A stretch of DNA of 51,692 bases, the filler included, from Basidiobolus ranarum (taxonomy: Eukaryota): NCBI GenBank assembly GCA_040143965.1. It is 2 parts of 2 records of this genome, joined end to end, with 100 filler letters (N's around TTAATTAATTAA, not from the genome) between each part and the next. Parts side by side here need not be neighbours in the genome. Positions count along the whole stretch, not along the records: positions 25,946 to 51,692 come from JASJQH010000139.1; 1 more part is not named here. The stretch is one strand, 5' to 3'. Each line of letters begins with the position of its first letter. The stretch's first letter is position 1. The notes under the pieces were generated by a model. It did no database searches. It saw only the letters and a list, made by a program, of their open reading frames with translations, and was not told the origin of the DNA. The position numbers were made by a program, and so were the translations under genes. Shown one piece after another: positions 38,652-51,692 of this stretch.

Positions 38652-39849
38652 AAGTGGTTATACATCACTGTGCTACGAAAAGTTTATAGTCTACTTTGTA
38701 GTGATTGGTTTATTGTGTCAACTGCATGCTATGAAAGTATTGTAGCATGGTCTCATGTTGTTTTTATAGAGCCAATATTTCCTATTTTCCTTAATTTTTA
38801 CCAACGTTATTATTGAATGCGAATGGCCAAGATACTTTAATATCTGTGTTATGTATTAGATAAGAAGTTGAGCGTAGGATGTAAAAACATTGTTCAAGAC
38901 AAAACAACCTGCCCCCAAAATAAAGGGGTTTCAATAGAAGTGAAAGTTGCCTTTGATAACCAACGAGATTGACTAGCAAAAGCATGTATATGATTCAGAA
39001 TTTAGTGTCGGTGAATCCTTGTCTGTGTTTTCTAATATTTGGATCCAAAAGGGTTCCACCCAATTTCCACACAATTCTTTCGATGTCAAGGGACTATTCT
39101 CTCCGCATCATAGAGATCTCCCTTGGCAACGAATGTATGTAACGGAAGGTTGGAGGTACATTTTCGCCTTTCCACGTTTATTTAACTTTTCCTTGTGCGT
39201 AAACTAAAATATGCTTCTGATACCACACGACTTATGAAAGTCAGCAAGAGATTATGACTGCGTCAAGACTTGGTTAGCCACCATATTAAAGAAGCTAGTT
39301 AATTATATATTCAGCAAGATCTGCGCACAGGTGAGGCTTACAAGCTTGCTTAATTGATCCTGTATGATATAGAGCTGCATACAGCCTCATGTTTGAATAA
39401 GGCTCACAGAGGATTTATCCACCAACCACCTTTCTATGTTGGGGCCGAGATGCAACCGTTAATCGCTATTACATAGCCTCAATTATTCATAACATACAGT
39501 TAATCAAGTATAGCTAATATTCATACTAATTCTTACTCTCAATTGCCTGGTCTCTAATTTGACCATGTATTAATAACCAAGTATATACTTGTTTCGGATC
39601 TCTTCCAAGTTTCAACAGTTTTAATGAGATACAGGGACGCAATCCAGGCTGAGGAGAGGACATTTATGTTAGCTTGGACATGTTGATTCTAATTTAACCT
39701 GTCCTCCCATGCCCTGCTCTGCCTTGCATGAATTGAATTCTATTTAAATATATAGATCTTTGATACACCCTGTTACTGAAGTCCCATCCCTTTTTCTTCT
39801 CGTTTCTAAGATTCCAATGAGCATATATATTGCATTGGTTGGGTGACCA

Positions 39850-40752
39850 ATGGATCTCAGCCGTGGCTTCAATTTAACCATGAAGGCATCTCAGCTCATG
39901 TTCACTTCTGCCTTTAGCCATCAATCTTCTGTCTTTACCGTCTCATCTTTGCTCCCTTCCTGGCCTTATTATTCCTTCCTAGATCAAAGTGTTTCCCATC
40001 ATTCTTCTTTCTCCCATCCTCCCTCTTGTCATTACTCAGTTCCTAAGCAGTCGTCGTTTGTACCTGAACGAAGTCCTTTTAGTCATAATCCATCTGCAGT
40101 TTCATCCAAACAAACGATGAACCTTGATATCTGTCGATTGGCTCATTTTTGCGCGGATATGGTATGCTCGATATGGCATTTTAATTCTGGTCGGCTGGAG
40201 AAACCCGCAGATCCTGCATTTCATGGGTTTTGTTATCAAGTACTATCATCTTCTCAAGTCTCTGTACCGGTGGTTCTTCTCGCCTTGCTATACATCCAGC
40301 GATTCAAGAACTCTAGTCCTTGTACAAAAGGAGCAGATAGCTCTGAAGGAAGATTATTTGCTGTGTCTCTTATGCTGGCCAACAAATATCTGGACGATAA
40401 TGCCTTTACAAACCGTACTTGGTCTGAAGTGACTGGAATACCTCTTCAAGAAATCAACATAATGGAGAAAGAATTCTTAATGATTCTCTCGTTTAATCTC
40501 AACTTAACTCACAGGGAGTTGAAAGGATGGTCGAAATCTTTAAATGACCATCTAGTTTATCAAGAAATGTTAGTAAGGTCAGCGATAAATACCAAGAGCT
40601 CAGTCACTTCTTCATATGACTACGATAGCAATAGTTTTTACTGGTCTTATTGGCACCCATTTATTGCTAACATTCATCAATCGCATCACTTTCCTAATTT
40701 CTCAACTTGTAAGTATACCTTTCCATTCACCTATTGTCAAATGCCCGCCTAA
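39850..40752 (+). CDS. Pho80/Pcl-family cyclin (Clg1-like)
   Basis: VLLALLYIQRFK and RLFAVSLMLANKYLDDNAFTNRTWSEVTGIPLQEINIMEKEFL form the cyclin box. The start codon may be a downstream ATG. Confidence 0.9.
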   Translation: MDLSRGFNLTMKASQLMFTSAFSHQSSVFTVSSLLPSWPYYSFLDQSVSHHSSFSHPPSCHYSVPKQSSFVPERSPFSHNPSAVSSKQTMNLDICRLAHFCADMVCSIWHFNSGRLEKPADPAFHGFCYQVLSSSQVSVPVVLLALLYIQRFKNSSPCTKGADSSEGRLFAVSLMLANKYLDDNAFTNRTWSEVTGIPLQEINIMEKEFLMILSFNLNLTHRELKGWSKSLNDHLVYQEMLVRSAINTKSSVTSSYDYDSNSFYWSYWHPFIANIHQSHHFPNFSTCKYTFPFTYCQMPA

Positions 40753-42594
40753 AACCCGCTATCCTTTGCATTCTTATCTTGTCTTTATAATCCATATTTC
40801 TATCCCTAAAATTACTCTACCGTTTAAGGCCTTCTGTATTTCATTTTGTTTTTGCTTGCTTATTGGTATTTGTTAGATATACGTCTCAGCTTAGGCTTTA
40901 TTTTTTGCAATCCCACCCAAAATAATTCAAATCCTTTATTCTTCAGACTGTCGCAGTCCACTCCTCTACATCATCCTACCATTTCTCTCGCCCTGTATAA
41001 TGTGATGTCTCATCCGTGGCCTCATTCTTTTGTATATACACATCGCTTTCTGAACCGTCTTCTTGAGAGACATTCTTATTGTCGGATCTGCCAAACTTTA
41101 TAGATTTCTCATTCTGACAGATGACCGGACTCATCATTCGAGAAACTCAACTATCAACGGAACAGTCTAGTGAGTGCTAAATACGAATTTCGGGGTGAAC
41201 TCAAATCAACTAGTTGCTACAATCCTTGTGACTGTATGTGGACGTTGGTGAGAAGGCGCCTTTTGCGGCTTTTACTCAGCCATGATTGAGCTGCTAGTAC
41301 GTGCGTTCGTTCCCTTTAATCAATCCAATTTGGTCTCCTGGAATATAATCTCTAGCCCGCCCTGTTTGAGATCACTATGATTTCTAGTTCTTATCGTCTC
41401 TGATGCTCCTTGATATAAGGAAACCAATGCGGAAGTAATGAATATCTTATCTATGAATACTGATCGATTATCCATGTTTACTATTCATCAGACATCCTTG
41501 CTATATTTTGTTTTGTTACTAAAAACCAGTATTGCTTCTTATTAAATATATGGCTTCAGTTCCCCCCAAATCCCTACAAATTAACCTGCAGTGCTCGATC
41601 GTACAATAAGAGGCCTCCCTGTTCTGCTAGATTGTATATTGAATCCTTGCATGTGATTGCGAGTGAGAGCAAGTGTATCGTATATCATACTAATACTAGT
41701 GGAATTCTTCTCAGCAGAATACACATCGGCCCAATCAACAGTCCACTGGAGCCTTTGATGGCTCATTTGGGTAGATTGGATGTGCATCAAACGGCTGATC
41801 ATGATTGCTTATATCAGTGGAGATTGAGGGATTCCATCAGAGGTGCAAGTAGTTTTGTGGGGAGTAAGTTGTATTGGTCCATGCATTCTAATTCATTCAT
41901 GTGGATTTAAGGAAGCTCGAATACGGGGCTAGACCGGAAAAGAGAAATCTGGTTCTTACCATCCATATGATGTCAGTTGTGATGTCTGTGTTAGTAAAAC
42001 AATAGAAACCCACATTTCGTAGATCGAATACGGAATTCACATGTGAAAGGTGTGGGGTTGGGTTAGAGCTAGGCTTGACATGGATGAACATGTGGGTTTT
42101 ATATGCGCAATCGCAGGGATCGAAATAACATTCAATACTATCCAATGCATGGACTTGACTCTGAGAATTTTCAGAATAGACCGAGATACGTAGTTATCAT
42201 CAATGACATCAAAGCCAGCATAATGTCTACGAGTCTCATCACTAAACTACGCTTAGATATCTATCAATTTCACGTGAATCGGAACTGTGAAGTGTAGAAT
42301 GGTGGTTTAGATCTGATTCGATAAGATACGATATCCTCTTCTATCCGTGTTCAGCCACGAATCACCTTTCTTAAACAAAGCAGTCCCTTACTACCTTACT
42401 AGTCTCTTAGTAGTCATTATTAACAGATAAACTCTGGTGTTTGATATAACGATAAAAGTGTCGGAGTTTGTACTGGATTTCTCTACGCTAGTGTCTTGTA
42501 CCTTCTGTATTTTAATCCTTTTAGCAAACTCGGTTTTGTTAGACCCATGCATCGTGGTGATGATTCCAAGAATGCAGTGATCACACGAGAGAAT

Positions 42595-43703
42595 ATGGAT
42601 AATATATCGACAAAAGGTCAGTTGATTTCCGTTGAAGTTACCGTATGTGTATAATATGAAAGTGAAGTTAAAGTGAAGCAAAGTAACCTCCACTTCCCCT
42701 ACGGCTCACTCGAAACTAACTTCTATGTATTCACTTGAATGTTCACCGTTTATTACAACTGTCACTCATATTGCTTTACACTTAGATAGTAGTAAATCGG
42801 TCAACACTTTTCCAGAGTTTAGTCAACAACATACTCCATTATTCGATAAACAAGACCAAAAAACTTTCGAGGACTTTTTAAAACAATTCGAATATACTGG
42901 TGAAGAACTTGAAACTAAACCAACTCTTACAAAGAAATCCACTTCTATAAAGGAAGAGATTGAGATAGGTATAGATAAGGATTAAAGCGTTGTGTTTCTC
43001 TATGAACTTCTAATAACCATGTTATACTGTTCTATTCATCTTTTTCAGAGAAGCTTACTTCCAAATCAAAATCGAAGTTGACTAGTCCCAATGTAAAAGA
43101 AGCTAGTAAGAGTAGAGCTAGAAAACGGAAGAGTACTATGAATAATTCGGAATCTACCGGTGAACCTTCGAATACAGAGGATACAAAGGCCCTCGGACGA
43201 GGGAAAAAGGCCGCTCAAGAGCTTCTTACGGAGGAAGAGAAGAAGGCTAATCATATTGCATCTGAGCAAAAAAGAAGGCAAAACATACGTGTAGGGTTTG
43301 AACAGTTAGTCGACATTGTTCCTACCCTTTCGCAATGTCATCGAAGTGAATCAGCAATATTGCAAAAATGTAACGTTTATATCTACTCCAAGTCCCAACA
43401 TTAAACTTTGAATTCATTTAAATTTCATCAAGCTGTAGAATATATAAAGCAATTACTATCGCAAAAGCAAGAACTTAAGCAACGAGTGAAGGAATTAAGA
43501 GTGTCTTTAGGTGAACCGTATGTATTTGCTTGATCTATCCATTATCACTCTCTTCTCAGGCTAACCCTCGATTGAATGCTATCCATTTAGACCGGACGAA
43601 CCGGATGACTCGTCGGTAAGTCAACCGTTTCAAAAAGAAAATGCTGTGTCATGTGTAGTAATCTCTTGTTTAGTCGTCAGACGACAACCCAAGTCTCACG
43701 TAA
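42595..43703 (+). CDS. bHLH transcription factor (Ino4/Mlx-like); 5' exon structure uncertain
   Basis: LLTEEEKKANHIASEQKRRQNIRVGFEQLVDIVPTL...SESAILQK|SVEYIKQLL followed by a coiled coil. The last exons splice to TAA at 43701-43703. Confidence 0.85.
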
Positions 43704-45950
43704 AATAGATGAAGCCTTGAGACATGGATTCTACATATTCAAGTCCATATTTACATAATGAGGCCATGGGTCATACGTACACCACCTAAGCTATATTCTT
43801 TCTCTTGGGGTGATTTTGACATGTTCCCTTGAAAGCATCCAACGCTTGCGCTAAGATAATGGAAATTTCAGCAAATTCGATTGAATTTAATTGGTATGAA
43901 GATGTTGCACTAAAAAAGTAAATTTACATGACTTAAGATCGGACGAGAAATAAAGACATGCGCATGAAGATATTAAACAAGATTACTTTCCTCTTTTATG
44001 CAAGTCTATTGAGCAGTTACAACGGGATCCTGATTGTTAATCATGAAGTCGTCTATCTGCTCTAGTGAACTTGATCCTCACAGGGTTGACTTCTGAAAGC
44101 TGCTCACGTACCAGCTTGGTGTTGTCTAGTGGAGTTAGGACTACTGTGCGCCTGTCACATACCTGAGTTATGGTCGATTAACTGTACCGACACTCCTTCA
44201 GACAACATCCTATCACACCACCAGCTGTGGCACTTTTTATACAGCTTTTATATGCAATGTTAGCACGAGTTGCGTCGAGTTCGAAATCACCCATCCTAGA
44301 GGATCTTCCTTTGTATACCTCAGTAGTTCCCAGAAACTCTGCATTGGCAGGGTCAGAGGCATCTATGCCCCCAAATACCCTTTGCTAAATCCCTGTTTTG
44401 CGCTTAATACGAGCAACGCGGAAAGGGAAAATCCTTAAATCTGAGAACCTATTGCTATTCTCTCAAAATTTACTACTTTTAGAAGAAAATCCGAGATTGT
44501 ACTAACACTAGATGGGATTCGTATTCCGTTAGCGCAATTTTAGCAAAGATATATGTAGATGTCCAAGTACTACGTAAATTATCATATCCAAAGGAACCTA
44601 CATCATCGTCATTTGAAGTAAATTGTACAATTTGAGCACGGATATTGTCACTATGGGGAGAGAAAAGGTAAGTGACTCAAAGATTAACTCATCTTTGCAT
44701 TCCACGTTAGAGTCTGATTTTTCAAGATCATTCAGATGTTGACTCATCTTACTAAACAACATTTCCATGTCGATATTGTCACCAACTAATCAAGATTATC
44801 AATGTAGTTCTTTTGTAAAGTTCTTTCTGCAAATGATAATCTTCCCTATACTCTCTCAAAGCTATTTTGCTATTAGCAATACCTTATCCGTAAATATGTC
44901 ATAATGCTGTGACGAATTGCTCTTATATAGCTGGTCGTTCTTGATGATGCACCCAACTTTACATTTATAATGCTTTCTGATCCAACAGTATCTAAAGTGT
45001 ATACAATATGATATTGAGTAGCATACACATTCGTTGCCGTCGATAGGGATCGATTCGTTAATGAGCTCAAACACCCACGTAAGAGAGACTCTGTAAAGCA
45101 GATATCTATTTATACATCAACTCCTCTCATTATGGTCAGTCATATTTTGCCGCTTCAAAAACAAGAAAACAGGAGTTCAAAAGAATTACTGTGATAATTA
45201 GTTCAAAAGATGAGAAATGATTTAAAGAGGGATCATGGAAGCTTCTGTATAACAGGAAAATCTTTGTACAATCAAAAAGGGTATTTATTTATATATCGAA
45301 GTAGAAATAGTACAAATTAATAGAGCATAGGGACTGAAGATTCATTCAAAATTATACATTTCTGATAGTGTATTTGTGGTGGATGATTAGGTGGTTCTGT
45401 GTGAATCTAACCTCCAACACATGATATTCACAGTCTATACCCCCCCTCTCTCCTCTCTCAGAACATTTTCATCGCTTTCTCTCCTCCACATTTGCTCTCG
45501 TCGAGGTACAGATGCTTTAGAGCTTACTTAGCACACCCATATACATGCATCAATAAGGGATATTAAAAGCGTTTGAAAAAAGTTCACAAACAAAAAATAG
45601 ACAGCGTAGTATTACAAATATATTGAGGTCACCATGACATCCTGTGTTGCAGAGTCTCAAAGCGAAAACATTCCTGAAGTGTTATGATGCGGTTGAGAGA
45701 AGGTTTGAGGCGGTTTCATAGATCATTGCTACAAAGTTCCTTCTCATAGAAGAGTGTGATCTCAGGTGTGGAGAACACGATTGAGGAGTGAAGCGAGTCC
45801 ACCAAAAAGCGAAATGAAAGAATTATCTACAAAAAATCACCAAAAATTCATTGAAACTAAGATTACTGACACCACTGCTTGGTATTGGTACGTTTGCCAC
45901 TCTTGGTTGAGTAATGCAAACACACCTCTCTTCAAATACAGTCTCGAACT

Positions 45951-48371
45951 CTAGTGCTGTTGATACCCACTTGACTGGCCATCTCCCATCATGAACGTCT
46001 CTTGGCCTGAGAAGTTGTTATTCATACCTGGGTTCGTCATCATGGACATTCCTCCAGCTACATTTGTCGGTGGGCTAGTATCATCCATATTTCCTGTCAT
46101 TCCCGGCTGAAAGCCACCTCCAGCTCCTCGCTGTCCAAATAGTGGATCCTGACCGAAGTTCGAATAGTTCATCTCCTGTGCCTAAACATATACACCATAT
46201 CGGTTAGTACCTCATTATCCCACACTCTCTCTATAGTTGCATTTATCTCTGTTTGCTCATTCCCCTGTCCATTCCCATCCCTCCTTTTCCCTCTCCCATC
46301 TTTGTCTCGCAGTCATCAAGCAAGCAGGCAACCATAGAACATATCTCAAACTATATTTACCTGATTGATTGTAGCCATAGGTGCAAACCTCTGCCCTCTT
46401 CCACCACGTGAGTAGTCATCACCACCATTCTCAAACTGATGGGTCGGATTAACCTCTCCATACCCAGTGCCCATGCCTCCGTTGATATCCCCCAGACCGT
46501 AACCTCCACTAAGAATCCCTTCTTTGGAGTCTCGAGAGAATGGTAGCTGCCCATGAGCTTCAGGATTCAACCCACTACTCAGAAGAAGGTTTGGCGTTGG
46601 GAATTGCTCATTGCTTGACGAATACATATCCTCCGGGAATCCACGCACTTGCTGTTGTTGCTGGTGATTCTGTTGTTGTTGTTGCTGCTGTCTTAGATTG
46701 ATATCAGCTAACGAATGCCTTCTCGGCTGATTGTAGGGCATCGTGTAAGGATCTGCTAACGAATGTCTTCGCACATATAGATGTCTTCGTTGCGGCGCTG
46801 GATGATACGAACCAGGGGGCGGTGCTATATAATTGATATGGTTACTATTTTATCTGATCATCTCATCCTAACTCTACCACTGTCCAAACACCATTCTCCT
46901 CATTACTACCCACCCATCCCTTCCTTGCACACATATTTGTGTGCTGGGTTAGGTTCTCCATAGGCAACCTTTCCTCACCACCACTCTATCACTCATGCAA
47001 AGACAGGGTCATATTCTAAGAAGTAAGAGTAAACATATATATGTACTTACTATTGTATCCCGACTGCATCGACATTGAATCAACCGAGTGTGGACTGCCC
47101 TGCCCCGATTCAGAGATACTCCCTGTGTTCGCCGAGAAATTCAAATTTCCTGGATTGTTTGCAGAAGCGAGTGTTTGATTCGCCATTGACCCAAGATCTT
47201 GTGAATAAAATCGGGGTCGACTGTATTGAGGATTGTATCCTAAAAGATCGTAGTATTAGCGTGTGTCTTCATCATCATCATCATGTGTGATGCTTCTCAG
47301 TACTGTACTGTACTGTACTATGGACTACAACACATCTTATTATTATTCACTAACCTTGCTGACTGTATTGTGAGTTCGGCGAATACGTCCCGTTGAAGGC
47401 ATCCATGTTCACGCTGACTGTGCTGCTGTAGCTTGCCGTCTGCTCAAAAATCAATCACATATCGTTAGTAAAGTCACTTTCTTCTTTCTCCCTCCCCCTT
47501 TATCTTTGCCTCCTCTTCACCTTCATCCTTTTGCCTTCCAATACCTCAATACATATTCTCATAAAAATACTCACATATTTCCCAATGATCTTCTTCAGCG
47601 CGTATGGCAACACCTTCCAAGGAAATACTTTCACATCTTTCTCAATGTTTCGAGGCTTTGGGTTCGGAAAAGACATGATCAGTTTAAAGAACTCCGCCGA
47701 CTCAGGCTTACATTTGGATACCGTCAGCGGTCTGAACCCCTCCAGATTTCTTCGGATTCGGTTCTTTTCCTCTACCGTGAAGCGTACTGCGATCAATGAC
47801 TCAAGTAGATAGATGCAGTCTACACTGGTGATGAAATAATCTTTCTTCTCCTCCCAGTAGATACACGAGACGACAATACTATTTGGTCCTCGCTCAGCTG
47901 GTGCCACAGGCTGAAAACCACAGTGAATAACATTATTTTTGTGTTGACGCCAAAACTGGACAAGTCTTCGTCTCGTTTCTGTCTCCTCCTCAGTCCTATT
48001 TTATAATAAAATTAGCACAATGTACAGTATCTGGTGGTTCTTTAAACTTACCAATTTATCATCATTTCATCTATGTTACCAGTTAAATTAAGCGAGGCTT
48101 TATTTAATAGTGAAGCATAAGCATTGTAAGGTACCATCGGCATTGCTCCAACAGGGCCAGACGGTTGAACCTCGTAGTTTCCAGGGCTAGTATTAGGGAA
48201 ATAATACTCGGAGGGCTGAGCTTGCGGTTGAGTTTGTCGCTGCAAGTGCTGTTGGCTATCTCCAAGGTTTTGTGGATTACCTTGGCTATCAATTTCAGAT
48301 TCATCGACAGGAAACGGAGGTGCTGTATAGAAAGGGTGCATTTGTGGTTGGGAAGAATGAGGCGAGATCAT
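45951..48371 (-). CDS. medA: Medusa (MedA/ACR1/Ren1)-like developmental regulator, 6 exons
   Basis: NWTEEE...RRLVQFWR, VSCIYWEEK..YFITSVDCIYLLESL..RFTVEEKNRIRRNLEGFRPLTVSK and PKPRNIEKDVKVFPW. Q/G/M-rich low-complexity tail. Confidence 0.88.
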
Positions 48372-50338
48372 AAAAGGTATTCCTTTTGAGGTAGCAGTGT
48401 GTCAGGGAAGCTTGCTAGCGCTAGAAGTTTCAATAAATGTAACAAGATGGATGATTATATTGGTGCAGAAACGAAGATGAAACGCCTTAAAGGAGGTAGT
48501 AGTAATAGGCTATATACAGATCTTGTATATATATATACTCTAAATTGTATTAAATAGTAAAATCAATTTAGTAATGATCCAATATGTAATTTGCCAGAAG
48601 GTTAAAATTTTAGCAATAGAAATGGATGATTAAGTTTGTATTAGGCAAGGGAAAATGAACAATCACTAACAAAATTGCAAACAAACTGGGGAAATTTAAG
48701 CAACCGCTACTAAGCTAGGCGACAGAAATCAAGTTTATAATGCAACAGCGGTTACTAAAATTCAGGAAAAGCAGAAGAGATATTATTCGATGTGAGGCAC
48801 TTGAATATGAGAGTAGAAAATGAATGGCAAGCACAACAGGCACTAGAGAACCCTTTATACAAAACATTCCTAAGAGATGACTAATAGTCGCAAATATGCA
48901 TTATGTATTATATCCCATATAAATCTCAAGACTGCATTACAAAGCTGCAAAAGAATATATACCAATGATCTGTTATGAATAGATGGCGGATGATGAATGG
49001 TCAAAGGACATTGTTTTATGAGGCTAACATTAAAATCATCGATAGGCCAATGTACAGCGGAAGGCTTTCACCACCCACCATTTATCGGGGACATATATTC
49101 CGCAAACATTATGTGAATTCTACACAACTGGCCGTATTCCGATCTTATTCGCGGATCCCAACTTGGATATTACAGAAATGCTTTAATCATCATTTGCTTA
49201 TCAAAGTTACTATAGAGCCAGGTGCTCTATTGAGTGATTTTGCATATATAAGCATTGAGCCTCCAAATCGGAAAGGCAATTGTTTCAGGAAACTACTGGT
49301 TTTAGATATGGATTCCCAGAAATTTCTATTCATAAGGTTGGCGAAATTCAGCTATGAATACTAATTGGACCAGAGCTCTTGGCCAATAATGGCGAAGTTA
49401 GCATTGTCTAGTGGGGGAGTCTAAACCATGATTCACAAGTATAGTTTCCCAGCTGGATTCGCTTGTAATTAACTAGTCTATATCTGCTGATGTGCAATAG
49501 TCGTGATTGTTTGTACTGAATTCATCGGAAATGACTGCCATGATATAAAAGCGACCAACTCGACTTCATTTAGAATCAATCCTGCTCACAAAGATTTAGC
49601 ATCACATGTATTTGCACTCTCTGAACATGCGATCTTAATAGTCTTATGCCGTAAAAGTCGTGGATGTCACATCCTGTCGAAACTCAACTCACATGATGTG
49701 GCTGCTTCCAAGTACGTCGCGTTCCTTTCGTGTTCTCGTTGTATCTACCTGAGTGATGGCTTTTATAGCAGTTCGCATCCATTGAAGTTCACTGGTTATT
49801 TTTGGTAATCCACTTATGAGTGTCGGCACTACTGAGTAACATGCATAACTCGGCAAAACTCCCATGCGAAGACAATATATTTAGAGTATTGGCGGTTGGT
49901 TGTCAGTGTTTCGTATTCTAGTTTCCAGCAAGCTTTAGTTCTTTATTATTCGCAATGGTTTTAATACAGATCTGAATAGTATCAATCCAAAAATGAGATT
50001 GGTGTATATATGCACATATCACTTTCGTGGTACTTTTGGTTGGGATTCATTAGAATTTGAAGGGGTTGAAGTATATACAGCTGATTATGTACAACCGCCC
50101 CTTTATACATCCAGTTTCAGAAGCTGTTGATTGAGTTCAAACTTCAGGGTTGCTTGTATTCTTTATATAAAGCATGATCTCCTATTTTCTTTTATTGATT
50201 CGAATCTTATTTTCTTTCACAGAAGTTTACATACTAGAACAGTGAATTTGGCCAATTTATTCTTGTGCCGTCCATAAAGACATCTTTATAAACGGTAGAA
50301 AGCCCGTGAAAACGTATAGTTACCAGCTGCCACAGGTG

Positions 50339-51692
50339 ATGGGTTACTTCACAAAATTAAAGAATCGGATTTTACCCTTAAAGCGGCCAGATAGATATGA
50401 GAGGTTGGTTCACTTTGAGCGAAACTGGACTTTTTGTCGGGTATGTAGATATCTAATATTAACATGATATTTGGTTATGTTGAAGTAAGCTAAAGCTTTA
50501 ATTTGTTAGGAGAGGCTATTGGAAGAGGCCATTCCAGGAGAGAACCAGATACTGGATAGTAAGCTAGCAGACTCTCTGAAACTGCTCATTAATTTACTGG
50601 TTCAAGAGAAAATACGGCAAGAAGATGGTACTACTGGGGATTGCATGGAGTATCTTTTGCGTAACGATATTCTAGATTGGCTGGTGAACTTATCAGAGCC
50701 TGATTCACCTTTCGGCCTTCGTGGTGAAGTGATTCGAACTATCTCGAGTATGATCAGTACACTAGATGAGCGCTTCCTTATTCATCACAAAGTACATGGG
50801 TCAACTATCAAGCTACTTGATCATTGTATGCGGAACCGAAACCAATTGGAATTATATCACGAAGACATGGTGGATTTGATGTTTAGCATTTGTTCCAAGA
50901 TTAGGCGATGCCCTGAGCTTTTGAATATCTTTTTTTATCAAAGCGTCTGGGATTTGGAGGTTCCTATAACGGCTGAAAATACTGGGGAGAGTGTGCCTCG
51001 TGCAGGAAAATGCAAATATAATTTTCCAATATTTGGTTATTTACTCCAATTTGTTCACAAAGACGGGAAAACTGGGGATATTGCGAGAACAGCTATGCTT
51101 TTTCTCATTGAAATCACATCTGGTGAGTTGAGGGATTATGTCCATGGAGAGAGCGACCTGTGTGCGGTAGTCGCCGCTGGTGTAGGGGCATTCTACTCCT
51201 TGTTACCTCGAAAATTGGTTATCAAATTACATCTCAGCGAAGATGAAAGGATGATATCTCACAACACGGAACTACTGGAACTTGAAGAAAATACCGGTGT
51301 AGAAAGCTCAATTTCGGCAGAATTCCAAGAGCATCTTTGTTCTTTTACAAAGTACCTCGAGTTCACGCAAGAATTACTTGAACGATGTCCAAGTGTAAGA
51401 GTGCGTAATTCTCTACTAGAAAATATAAGAAGAACGTTCTTGGAGAATATTCTATATCCTTCATTACTAGAATGCTCAGAACTGGATGGCTCAGCGGTTG
51501 CAGTAATTACCTATGTGAGTATATTGGTTCAAGTCATAAAGCAACGAGAGTTAAATTCTATGTTTGTGCAATACTTAATGAATATGAAGCCGGGCTCCAC
51601 CGAAAAACGTCGAGAATCCACATTTCGGATTTCACCAAAATCAGAAACCACAAATATTGCGGAGAGAGCGGATGTCATGAGTATCGACTCTG
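50339..51692 (+). CDS. fhipA: FTS/Hook-interacting protein (FHIP/FAM160, RAI16-like); 5' part, runs off the window
   Basis: ATG at 50339 and an intron at about 50441-50509, then a long open frame with TGDCMEYLLRNDILDWLVNLSEPDSPFGLRGEVIR, CSKIRRCPELLNIFF and FPIFGYLLQFVHKDGKTGDIARTAMLFL. Absent from the ORF track because no stop lies in the window. Confidence 0.88.

Noticed and set aside
47270-47320. (CAT)n and (TACTG)n microsatellites
   Set aside because: Short simple repeats inside a medA intron; unremarkable.
48975-49808. 129-aa and 101-aa ORFs between medA and the FHIP gene
   Set aside because: No motifs or coding-like composition; likely chance ORFs in a divergent intergenic region.

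Overview
Intron-rich, AT-rich eukaryotic DNA from a fungus. The short GT-AG introns, U12-type AT-AC introns, MedA and FHIP genes and expanded trypsin-fold genes suggest an early-diverging lineage; a Basidiobolus-like identity is inference only. An artificial 100-nt N/TTAATTAATTAA linker at 25846-25945 joins two contigs. Housekeeping genes: FOX2 (5' part), lipoate-protein ligase, RHO1, VPS11, NCA2, COA2-like, a Pho80/Pcl-type cyclin, a bHLH factor, MedA and FHIP/FAM160 (5' part). The accessory region at about 9.5-20 kb holds a solo-LTR-like repeat cluster, a decayed Tc1/mariner element, and a tandem array of convergent pairs of catalytically dead, probably GPI-anchored trypsin-fold proteins with variable ectodomains and homogenised C-terminal parts. 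Other highlights: two minor-spliceosome AT-AC introns, a gene resembling the C-terminal domain of the axonemal dynein assembly factor Kintoun, a DUF1648-like membrane protein, and a candidate structured ncRNA. All family calls come from manual translation and motif recall, not database searches.
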